From an uncultured Alphaproteobacteria bacterium (GTDB lineage Bacteria; Pseudomonadota; Alphaproteobacteria; Acetobacterales; Acetobacteraceae): a stretch of DNA of 64,000 nucleotides. Numbering within the stretch: position 1 is the stretch's first letter; every line of letters starts with the position of its first letter. Made by a program: the position numbers and the translations under genes. The notes beneath the pieces were generated by a model. That model searched no databases, was not told the DNA's origin, and was given only the letters and a program-made list of their open reading frames with translations. The DNA lies in the NCBI GenBank assembly GCA_963812475.1, contig CAWEVI010000007.1:2693-66692 (forward strand), written 5' to 3'. Positions 36,915-44,939 of this stretch are shown here, one piece after another.

Positions 36915-37490
36915 TCAAATTCGTTCCACGCTGATGGCTGCCGCGTCGAGCGCGGCGGCCACGGCGTTGATCTGTTCCTCATGGAGGGGACCGCGGGAAA
37001 GCCGCAGGCGCAGCGCGAGCTTCAGGTTCTCCATCGCACGCACTACCTGCGGGGCGGTTCCGCCGCCGCGCGCGTGGCTCGCTTCAGCCATATGGGCGAG
37101 GAGGGAATCCACCGCAGGGCGGTTGGCATCGAGAAATGTCCGGCCAGCCGCAGTGATCTCATGCAGCTTTTTGGCGTTCTCGCCGGTGCTGACCGTCACA
37201 TAGCCGAGTTCCTCGAGATGGGTCAGCGTCGGATAGATCACGCCCGGACTGGGACTGTAGGCTCCGGCGACCTGTTCTTCGATCGCCTTGATGATCTCAT
37301 AGCCATGACGCGGCTTCTCTTCGATGAGACGCAGAATGACCAGGCGAAGGTCGCCATGGGCAAAGAAGCGGTTGAGACCGGAACGGCCGCCTCCCCGCCC
37401 GCGGCGGCCGCGGCCGAGATGATTGTCGTCCCGGCTGTGCTCATCGCGGGCGAAGCGCCTGCCGTGGTGGTTGTGGGAGTGCTTGTGCAA
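36915..37490 (-). CDS. PadR family transcriptional regulator with a His/Arg-rich N-terminal tail
   Basis: The winged-helix core is LRLVILRLIEEKPRHGYEIIKAIEE...GVIYPTLTHLEELGYV. The N-terminus is MHKHSHNHHGRRFARDEHSRDDNH. Confidence 0.8.
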   Translation of the reverse strand: MHKHSHNHHGRRFARDEHSRDDNHLGRGRRGRGGGRSGLNRFFAHGDLRLVILRLIEEKPRHGYEIIKAIEEQVAGAYSPSPGVIYPTLTHLEELGYVTVSTGENAKKLHEITAAGRTFLDANRPAVDSLLAHMAEASHARGGGTAPQVVRAMENLKLALRLRLSRGPLHEEQINAVAAALDAAAISVERI

Positions 37491-37504
37491 AATGGTTCTC
37501 CGAG

Positions 37505-37545
37505 TGTGTTTCGATCTAACGATATATCAGATATATCTAAACACA
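37505..37545. promoter_or_regulatory. AT-rich palindromic operator/promoter candidate upstream of the PadR gene
   Basis: TGTGTTT (37505-37511) and AAACACA (37539-37545) flank two self-complementary GATATATC octamers (37521-37528 and 37530-37537). It lies 15-55 nt upstream of the PadR start and is markedly AT-rich against the local background. Confidence 0.4.
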
Positions 37546-37658
37546 GTCGAATGCAAGGGCTCATGCGGGGCATCCCCCGATTTTTTTCGCAATCAGGCGC
37601 CTGAGGTTCAGCTATGGGTAGATCATGCGGCGGGCTCGATTTGCCGCGGGTTCGGCCG

Positions 37659-38525
37659 TCAGCCCACGCCCCGCGCGGCCCTGATCCACTGCACCGTGCG
37701 GCGCACGCCACCGAAGGTGAAGACGTGCAGACCCGCAACGGGCATGGCCGCATCCTCGTCCGCCACCAGTTCGGCAATCAGTGCATCAGGGCCGGCCTCC
37801 ACCAGAATCCGCGCGAATGCCGTGTGCCCGCGGGCCAGCGCCCGCAACGACGCACCGATCCCACAGCGAATGGCGAATTTTGCCAGTGTCGCGACACGCG
37901 CGGGACCGGCAACGCCGATCCGGACGGGACACATGATGCCCTGCGCGCGCAGCGACGCCACCCAGCGCACAATCGGCCCTGCCTCGAAGCCAAACTGGGT
38001 CACCAGCGACACGTCGAGGCCACGCTGGCGCGCCAGGGCCACCTTGGCCTGCAACGCGGCATCCAGCGTCCGCGCGTCGATTGCGGGATGACCTTCGGGA
38101 TAGCCGGCAAAGGCGACGCCCTTGATGCCGTGGCGTTCGACCACGCCGGTCGCCATCAGGTCGAGGCTCGCACGGAACGGGCCGGCCGGGCTGTCGTCGC
38201 CGCCGATGATCAAGACGGACTCGACACCAGCCTCGCCCACCGCGCGATGTAGAAAATCGCTGGCCTGCGTGTAGCTCGCCAGCCGACGCGCGGCGACATG
38301 GGGCACGGGAATAAACCCGGCGCGATGCAGCCTGACGCAGGCGGCAACGATATCATGATGCGTGACGCTGGGTGGATGATTGACGAACACCGTCCTGCCC
38401 GGCTCGAGCAGCGTCCGCAATGCGTCGCCGGCAAGCTCGTCGCGCGGCGACAGCTCGATGGAGCTTTCGCCGATCAACACCGCCGCACGCCGGCGCCGCG
38501 CCGCCTGGATCGTCGCCGCGTCCAT
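37659..38525 (-). CDS. Divergent methylenetetrahydrofolate reductase (MetF) family protein
   Basis: Start at MDAATIQ (ATG 38525, overlapping the upstream stop by 1 nt). It has IELSPRD in place of the classic FEFFPP, and AGYPEGHP. Confidence 0.65.
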   Translation of the reverse strand: MDAATIQAARRRRAAVLIGESSIELSPRDELAGDALRTLLEPGRTVFVNHPPSVTHHDIVAACVRLHRAGFIPVPHVAARRLASYTQASDFLHRAVGEAGVESVLIIGGDDSPAGPFRASLDLMATGVVERHGIKGVAFAGYPEGHPAIDARTLDAALQAKVALARQRGLDVSLVTQFGFEAGPIVRWVASLRAQGIMCPVRIGVAGPARVATLAKFAIRCGIGASLRALARGHTAFARILVEAGPDALIAELVADEDAAMPVAGLHVFTFGGVRRTVQWIRAARGVG

Positions 38526-39889
38526 CAGCCGGAATTCCGCTTGCGCGAAATCACGAACAACTCGTCCCAGAACCACAAACCACCGTGCTCCTGCAGGACC
38601 GCCTTGGTCGCTTCCAGATAGACGCCGCTGCTGATTGCCTCGGATAGCCGCTGGTCCTCGATCTGCGCGACGTAGATCGCCGCATTCCAGGCAGCGAACA
38701 GCGTGGAGGTGCCGATCGTCTCGCTGATCTCGCTCGGCAGCGTGTGCATGTCGTAGCGGAACAGCGAACGCGCATCGGCGTAGGCGCCGAAGTTGAGATC
38801 GCGTCCGGCGGCGCCGAGTTCCGCCTTGGTTGCGCGCAACAGGGCATGGCGGTCGGTGGTGAACGGGTTCTCGCCTGGCCAGATGCGCTGGATGATCTCC
38901 AGTCCCGGATCGTTGCCATGCGAGTGTATCGCGATCAGCCGCCCGCCGGGGGCGAGCGCGCGCGCCAGCGGGGCGACCACGCGGCGCGCCTTGAACTCGA
39001 TCGCGGCGCGGGCGCGATACGGTTGCGAGGCGATGATCAGGTCATACTCGGCCTCGGTGAAGCCGCGGCGCGGGCGCACCTGATCGAGCAGGAACCGATG
39101 ATCCTCGCGATAGATCACCAGCACGACAGGTTTTTCGTACACCGGATTGCCGGTGGTACGGCCCATCCGGGCGCGCCAGTGTTCCGTCAGAAATGGGCCG
39201 AGGTCGGTGATCTGCAACTCGAAGTCGTGCGCGGTGTTTCCGGTCAGAGCGAGTTCGTGCCAGACGAGGCTGGTCGCGGATGTGACCGAGTTCGGCTTCA
39301 GCCACGGCGCCTCGGCGTAATACATGTTGGTCATGACCAGAATGGTGGCCGGATGCTCGAACAGCCGGTCGGGCATCTTCTCCAGCACCAGCCTCACGTC
39401 CTCGAGGCTGATCTCCTTGCCCACGATGTAGAACGGCATCGTCGGGAAGCGGTGATGCATGGCGCGCATCGTGCGCGTGAGTACCGTGCCGTCGCCCATC
39501 CCCGCATCGAACAGGCGCAGTGCCGGCGGCCGTGGGTGGATGTTGGCGAGTTCCATGCCGACCCGCTGGGCGACGACCCACTTCTCGCTGCACGTCGTGA
39601 CGAACAGCAGGTATTTCTGGCGATTGTCGTAGAAGCGGAAGTTGTGCGTGGTGCCGGCCATCGGTGCTGGCGCAGGAGCCACCGGTGTGGGCATGCCATT
39701 CACCGCGCCGGCGTGTTCGCCTGAAATGAAGGCGCGCACGCGGTTCACCGTGTCGATGGTGACGCGCCCACCGAGCCGCAGGCGGCTCACCAGTTTGCCG
39801 TCGTTCACCGCCAGCCGCCCGAAGGTGGATTCCGCCATGCGGGCGCGGCGGCAGAATTCGGCGATGTCGCGCAGGAGCGTTTCGCTCAA
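38525..39889 (-). CDS. Uncharacterised protein with an N-terminal helical/HTH-like domain and a class-I methyltransferase-fold core
   Basis: I prefer TTG 39889, which has GGAGG 7 nt upstream. The track start is TTG 39955. The N-terminal motif is IAEFCRRARMAESTFGRLAVNDGKLVSRLR. The Rossmann motif-I-like stretch is RLFDAGMGDGTVL, and LAPGGRLIAI lies downstream. Confidence 0.55.
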   Translation of the reverse strand: MSETLLRDIAEFCRRARMAESTFGRLAVNDGKLVSRLRLGGRVTIDTVNRVRAFISGEHAGAVNGMPTPVAPAPAPMAGTTHNFRFYDNRQKYLLFVTTCSEKWVVAQRVGMELANIHPRPPALRLFDAGMGDGTVLTRTMRAMHHRFPTMPFYIVGKEISLEDVRLVLEKMPDRLFEHPATILVMTNMYYAEAPWLKPNSVTSATSLVWHELALTGNTAHDFELQITDLGPFLTEHWRARMGRTTGNPVYEKPVVLVIYREDHRFLLDQVRPRRGFTEAEYDLIIASQPYRARAAIEFKARRVVAPLARALAPGGRLIAIHSHGNDPGLEIIQRIWPGENPFTTDRHALLRATKAELGAAGRDLNFGAYADARSLFRYDMHTLPSEISETIGTSTLFAAWNAAIYVAQIEDQRLSEAISSGVYLEATKAVLQEHGGLWFWDELFVISRKRNSG

Positions 39890-40017
39890 TCGACGACCTC
39901 CCGGATGTCGCTCGCCGCCGAGTGAGGGGCGAGCCGGGCAGGCCGTCAACCACAATCGTGCCCACTGAGAAAGTGGGCAGCAGGGTGGGCATCAGCCCAC
40001 CCCTAGTCAGTGCCCGT

Positions 40018-41106
40018 TCAGCCTGCCGAGAAATCGATCAGCTGCCGCACCATCGTGCCCGACTTCATCTGCGCGAAGCCCTCATTGATCTCGGCGAGCT
40101 TGATGTGTCCGGAGATCATATGGTCCAGCTTCAGCTTGCCCTGCAGATAGAGTTCCAACAGCCGCGGCATATCCACGCGGAAGCGGTTGCCGCCCATCGA
40201 GGTGCCCTGAATCCGGCGATCGCGCAGGAAGTCCGCGCCGTGCAGCTCGATCTTGGTGCCCAGCGGGATCATGCCGATGATCGTCGCGGTGCCGCCCGGA
40301 CGCAGCATCTGAAACGACTGCTCCGCTGTAGTCTTGGTGCCGATCGCCTCGAAGGAATACGGCACGCCGCCGCCGGTCATCTCCTTCACCATCTCCACCG
40401 GATCGGCGTTCGACGCATTGATCGTATCGGTTGCGCCCATGGCCCTGGCGACCTCGAGTTTGGACGCCACGGTGTCGATCGCGATGATGCGCGACGCACC
40501 CGCCATCGCCGCGCCGTTCACGGCGGACAGCCCGATGCCGCCGCAGCCGATCACCGCGACGGTTGCGCCCGGTTCCACCTTGGCGGCGTGGAACACCGCG
40601 CCGACGCCGGTCATCACGCCGCAGCCGACCAGGGCGCAGCGGTCCAGCGGCACGTCATCGCGGACCTTCACCACCGCGTGCTCGTGCACCAGCATGTTCT
40701 CGGCAAATGCCGAAAGGTTGGCGAATTGGTTCAGCACCTCGCCGTTCCAGGTGAGCCGTCGCGCCGCGCCTGGCAGCAGCTTCACCTCGGTGTTGTCGCA
40801 GAGATTGGGATGGCCGGTCATGCATTGCGCACATTCGCCGCAGAACACCGACAGGCAGGTAATCACGTGATCGCCGGGCTTCACGTAGGTCACGTCCTCG
40901 CCGACCGCCTCGACCACGCCGGCGGCCTCATGGCCGAGCACGCAGGGCGCCGGGAATGGATACAGGCCTTCCATGAAATGCAGGTCCGAGTGGCAGAGCC
41001 CCGCGAAGGAGGTTCGCACCAGCACCTCCCGACGTTTCACCGGCGCGTGCTGCACGTCTTCGATGGTAAGCGGCTGATGCGGCGCGTGGAAAACGGCTGC
41101 TTTCAT
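40018..41106 (-). CDS. Zinc-dependent alcohol dehydrogenase (MDR superfamily)
   Basis: 362 aa with GLCHSDLH, GHEAAGVVEAVG, structural-zinc cysteines CGECAQCMTGHPNLC, and GCGGIGLS. Confidence 0.85.
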   Translation of the reverse strand: MKAAVFHAPHQPLTIEDVQHAPVKRREVLVRTSFAGLCHSDLHFMEGLYPFPAPCVLGHEAAGVVEAVGEDVTYVKPGDHVITCLSVFCGECAQCMTGHPNLCDNTEVKLLPGAARRLTWNGEVLNQFANLSAFAENMLVHEHAVVKVRDDVPLDRCALVGCGVMTGVGAVFHAAKVEPGATVAVIGCGGIGLSAVNGAAMAGASRIIAIDTVASKLEVARAMGATDTINASNADPVEMVKEMTGGGVPYSFEAIGTKTTAEQSFQMLRPGGTATIIGMIPLGTKIELHGADFLRDRRIQGTSMGGNRFRVDMPRLLELYLQGKLKLDHMISGHIKLAEINEGFAQMKSGTMVRQLIDFSAG

Positions 41107-41206
41107 GGCTGGTTCCCCCGGGTCTGGCAGGTGAGGATGCTAGGCCGGTGGGAAGCGGCGAGTCCACCGCGTTGACTTGGTGCGACGGGTCGGTGAGAAG
41201 GTGGGC

Positions 41207-41563
41207 ATGATGCAGGAGTTGGCTGGCTCGCTGGTCGACGATGCGCTGCTACGGTCTTGCATGCTCCCGCTGTCGTACGGCACCGGCACATCGCCGAGGA
41301 CGATCGAGGCGATGACCGGAGGAAAGGCGATGCTCGACACGGCTGTAGCGTTCCAGGGGCTGGAGGTGACGTCGGCGATAGGGGTTGTTGTCGAGGACGA
41401 TTTGGAGCGCATGGCTGAGCTGCCTGGCGATGACGCAGGCAGGAGGCGTATCACCGCGGTGCCACGGTGGTTTGCTGCGCGGTCGGACAATCACGCTGCG
41501 TATCACGCGTATTTGAGGCAACTGGAGTTTTCGTTGTGGCGGCGAATCCGGATAGGAGGTTGA
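41207..41563 (+). CDS. Hypothetical protein (weak call)
   Basis: The ORF ends 3 nt before the FkbM gene. No family was recognised. The start at ATG 41207 is a guess. Confidence 0.25.
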   Translation: MMQELAGSLVDDALLRSCMLPLSYGTGTSPRTIEAMTGGKAMLDTAVAFQGLEVTSAIGVVVEDDLERMAELPGDDAGRRRITAVPRWFAARSDNHAAYHAYLRQLEFSLWRRIRIGG

Positions 41564-41566
41564 ACT

Positions 41567-42541
41567 ATGGCCGGCTTGCCGAGCACAGTTCATCAGATCT
41601 TCCGCCAGGCGGCGCAGACAATTCCGCAGGTGCGAAGTCTCATTGACGCTCGCGATGTTGCGCTGGCCAGTCGCGACCTGGCGGTAGCGGGGCGACAGTC
41701 CGCGGAGGCTGCGCTGGCTTCGGCAGTATCCAGCCAATCGGAACTGTTTCGCCGATTTCTGAATGCGTGCGCCCCTGACTGCTGGCTGCGACTTGAACTC
41801 AACGGAGCAAAGCTATGGCTCCCACGCGATACGCTACTGACAATGTTTCATTGTCTCCATACCGGAGGTGCAAAGCTCTATCTTGCTGTGGAGGAGCGCC
41901 ACCTGAACTGGATGATGCAGCATCTGGAAGACGGCGGTACGTTTCTTGATGTGGGTGCCGCCACAGGCGCCACGACTTTGCCAATCGTTCTTCGCTTTGG
42001 TGACGCCGTTCGAATCATATCCTACGAGCCCGCGGAGGCTGCCAGGACTCTGCTGCTTGCAACGCTCGAGCGAAATCACATCGCGGGTGTCGAAGTTCGT
42101 TCCTCTGCTGTCGCGGATGCTTCCGGAACCGCCGAGTTTCGCGAGTTCCTGCCCGATGACGATGGTACGACACCCTGGCTTCCCGAGACATCCACGCTGA
42201 TCGGAAATATCATTTCCGATAGACCCCACCACACTGTCACCGTGCCGGTTGTGACGCTCGACGAGGACGCATATCACATGTGTGAACGCAAACCGGTTGT
42301 GATCAAGATCGATGTTGAAGGCTTTGAGACGCAGGTTCTGCGTGGCGCAGAGCGGCTGATCTCCGAGTTCCGTCCATGGCTGTCGATCGACATCCACGCC
42401 GAGCCCTTTGGTGATGGATCAGAAACTACAGAGCAGTCGGTTCGAGATCTCCTCAGTCGGTATGACTATGGCTTCAGCAAGGTCGATCATGTGCTTTTGT
42501 GCACGCCTCGGCCTGATCTGTCCGGTTTGGATCGCCACTGA
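41567..42541 (+). CDS. FkbM family methyltransferase
   Basis: AGGAGG lies 8 nt upstream of the ATG. Motifs are FLDVGAATGATTLP and VIKIDVEGFETQVLRGA. Confidence 0.8.
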   Translation: MAGLPSTVHQIFRQAAQTIPQVRSLIDARDVALASRDLAVAGRQSAEAALASAVSSQSELFRRFLNACAPDCWLRLELNGAKLWLPRDTLLTMFHCLHTGGAKLYLAVEERHLNWMMQHLEDGGTFLDVGAATGATTLPIVLRFGDAVRIISYEPAEAARTLLLATLERNHIAGVEVRSSAVADASGTAEFREFLPDDDGTTPWLPETSTLIGNIISDRPHHTVTVPVVTLDEDAYHMCERKPVVIKIDVEGFETQVLRGAERLISEFRPWLSIDIHAEPFGDGSETTEQSVRDLLSRYDYGFSKVDHVLLCTPRPDLSGLDRH

Positions 42542-42561
42542 CCATCGGGTAGGTAGCCTGG

Positions 42562-43746
42562 ATGAAGCGCATGTCGAACCGGTCGCCAAAGATCAATGAT
42601 ATACAGCAACTGCGCGGGCTGGCCGTGCTCCTGTCAGTGTTCGCGCATATGCCGCTCGCCACCGGTGTATTCATCGCCTTGGGTCTGCCGAGCCCGCTTT
42701 GGATTGGCGTGCCACTATTTTTCGTGATCAGCGGCTATGTCATTACGGTTTCGACCAACCGGTACGTTTTTTCGCCGCTGAGATTTTACATCCGACGAGT
42801 GTATCGCATCTTCCCCGTCCTGATAGTGACGCTGCTGCTTGCCTTCTTCCTCGCATTGCTGACGCGTGATCAGCAATTCTATGGTCCGCTCAAGGACCTG
42901 TACGATAATATCATAGCAATTGTTCTTATGTACCACAATTACTATGGGATAATCGGTATTTGGTTCGGTCACGGCGCGGTACCGTTGTCGCTGAAGGGTC
43001 TATGGTCGATTTCTACGGAAGAGCAGTTTTACCTGTTGTTTCCATTGCTCATGGTTGTGGGAGGACAGCGATGGCGAATTCTGACCCTCGCATTGCTATT
43101 TTTCACGTGGAGTGTCGCTGGGCGCCTGTTCGCGCTCTTCATTCAGCCACACGAGTTTCCGGAATTCGCGACGCTGTCTCGAGTGCTGTTGTCCTACAGT
43201 TTTGGCTACGACCTCATTCTGGCTGGGCTCCTGATCTACTACGCATTGGCCGATTGGCGACCGTCGCGCTGGCTCGGAAGATTCGGACTCATGGCTGCCT
43301 TGACGTATGGCTTGTGTCGCCCTGGGCCGCTGCGTGACACGATAGGATATTGGACCTTCGTTGCCGGGTTGGTTGCAGCTGTTTCGGCAGCCAAGGAGGA
43401 CATCGGCGTTCTATTCCCTCACACCAGCATTCTGGGGCGGGCATTCTTCTGGCTGGGCGAGCGTAGCTATGTGATCTACGTCATGCATTTCCAGGTTCTG
43501 TCTCTGCTCGGGTATGTATTGCAGCGGTTCGCGATCAACTTCACCCATCCCCAGCTTTACAGTGTCGGGCTCACGGTATTATCGATACCGTTCCTCCTGG
43601 TCATTGAAGTACTGCATCAGCGCGTCGAAAGGCCAGGCATTCGAATGGGCTACCGGCTCTGCGACCGGATAGCCGCTAGAACGAACAGTGCGGACCCCCG
43701 ACAAGATGATAGATTGCCCCTGATCCGGCTTAGGGAGCGTGGGTAA
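42562..43746 (+). CDS. Acyltransferase family 3 (OafA/YrhL-like O-acyltransferase)
   Basis: 394 aa and polytopic, with the N-terminal motif IQQLRGLAVLLSVFAHM and FFVISGYVI. GC content is visibly low. Confidence 0.8.
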   Translation: MKRMSNRSPKINDIQQLRGLAVLLSVFAHMPLATGVFIALGLPSPLWIGVPLFFVISGYVITVSTNRYVFSPLRFYIRRVYRIFPVLIVTLLLAFFLALLTRDQQFYGPLKDLYDNIIAIVLMYHNYYGIIGIWFGHGAVPLSLKGLWSISTEEQFYLLFPLLMVVGGQRWRILTLALLFFTWSVAGRLFALFIQPHEFPEFATLSRVLLSYSFGYDLILAGLLIYYALADWRPSRWLGRFGLMAALTYGLCRPGPLRDTIGYWTFVAGLVAAVSAAKEDIGVLFPHTSILGRAFFWLGERSYVIYVMHFQVLSLLGYVLQRFAINFTHPQLYSVGLTVLSIPFLLVIEVLHQRVERPGIRMGYRLCDRIAARTNSADPRQDDRLPLIRLRERG

Positions 43747-44806
43747 ACCACATCGAACCACCCCCGCGCCAGCTATCGCTCGCGCCCCCCAGATCAACGA
43801 TCGGCCGCTCAAACCAGCGACCAAATTGCGGAGCGCGGCAGACCCAGGCAGTTGGAAAGATCGGAATGACCCGATCCCGTGCACCGATCAGGTAGGCTGC
43901 CAAGATATAGGCTTCGCTCCAGTACCAGTTGATGAACATGTCCGGATAGTCCCATGGCAGCGTGATGTCATGCACGTGAATCAACACGCCTGGTTTGAGG
44001 CGCGGCAACACATCGATCATGAAAACTGTAACATCGCTGTTCATAAAGGCTCGGTGCGATCCGTCCATGAACAGAATGTCGCCTGGCTCCAGCGCGTCGA
44101 AGAGAGAGACGTTGCAAGTCTCCAGCCCTTGGCGTATCACCTCGTCGCAGATCGCATCGATCGCCGCCCGTGGCTCGGGATCAATCGAGATGATCCGGGT
44201 TGACAGCCCGTGGTCCTGAATTGATCTTTTCGCAAATGCGGTAGTGACACCGGACCCGATCTCCAGATAGAGCCGGGGCTTCGTCTCACCAACCAGGGTA
44301 TAAAGTGCGGCCGAATCAAACGGAGCAAACGGCACGCCAAACCATGCCGGCTCGAGTGTGCGATGGTCGAATTGCAGCGGGATTTTTGCCAACAGATTTG
44401 CCCGGTCAGCCATGGCACGGAGGATCTGTCGATAGTCCTCATCGTGCTCGGCCACCCAGGCGGCAATGGGCGCAATTGGCGGAAGCGTTGTCCCCCACCG
44501 CGGTCGCAGATCACGAGAGGGAAGGTAATCAAGCGGGATTGCATATCGCGCATATTCGGTACCGGGTTGCATCGCGTACTGCTTGACACCCAGGGCAGCC
44601 AACGACGGTACGCTTTCGTTTGCACCGGCGTGATTCAGACACAATTGCAACTCGGCCACCCGACCGAGTGCCGCGTCACGCTGCTCGACGATACGTCGAA
44701 TGGAAGGTGCCAGCATGGCCGCTCTTTTGGCAATTTGCCGGATCACTTTGTTCCTCCCTTCGCGGTCCCTGCCCGCGAAATCGCTGTCATCATGACAGCA
44801 GAGCAC
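43730..44806 (-). CDS. Class I SAM-dependent methyltransferase-like protein (glycan-modification type)
   Basis: Motifs are YLEIGSGVTTAF, IISIDPEP and ILFMDGSHR. The start is uncertain (44806 or ATG 44716). Confidence 0.55.
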   Translation of the reverse strand: MLCCHDDSDFAGRDREGRNKVIRQIAKRAAMLAPSIRRIVEQRDAALGRVAELQLCLNHAGANESVPSLAALGVKQYAMQPGTEYARYAIPLDYLPSRDLRPRWGTTLPPIAPIAAWVAEHDEDYRQILRAMADRANLLAKIPLQFDHRTLEPAWFGVPFAPFDSAALYTLVGETKPRLYLEIGSGVTTAFAKRSIQDHGLSTRIISIDPEPRAAIDAICDEVIRQGLETCNVSLFDALEPGDILFMDGSHRAFMNSDVTVFMIDVLPRLKPGVLIHVHDITLPWDYPDMFINWYWSEAYILAAYLIGARDRVIPIFPTAWVCRAPQFGRWFERPIVDLGGASDSWRGGGSMWFTHAP

Positions 44807-44939
44807 GGTGATTTCGCGTGGTCATATCGATGATCCCGTTTCCCGGAGGTTCGCGGTGGCCTGATGGAAACCGCAGCGCCGCCGACCGTGTGTCGCACGG
44901 GATCGAGACCAGTCGATCAGGCCTCACCCGATCCTGGGC

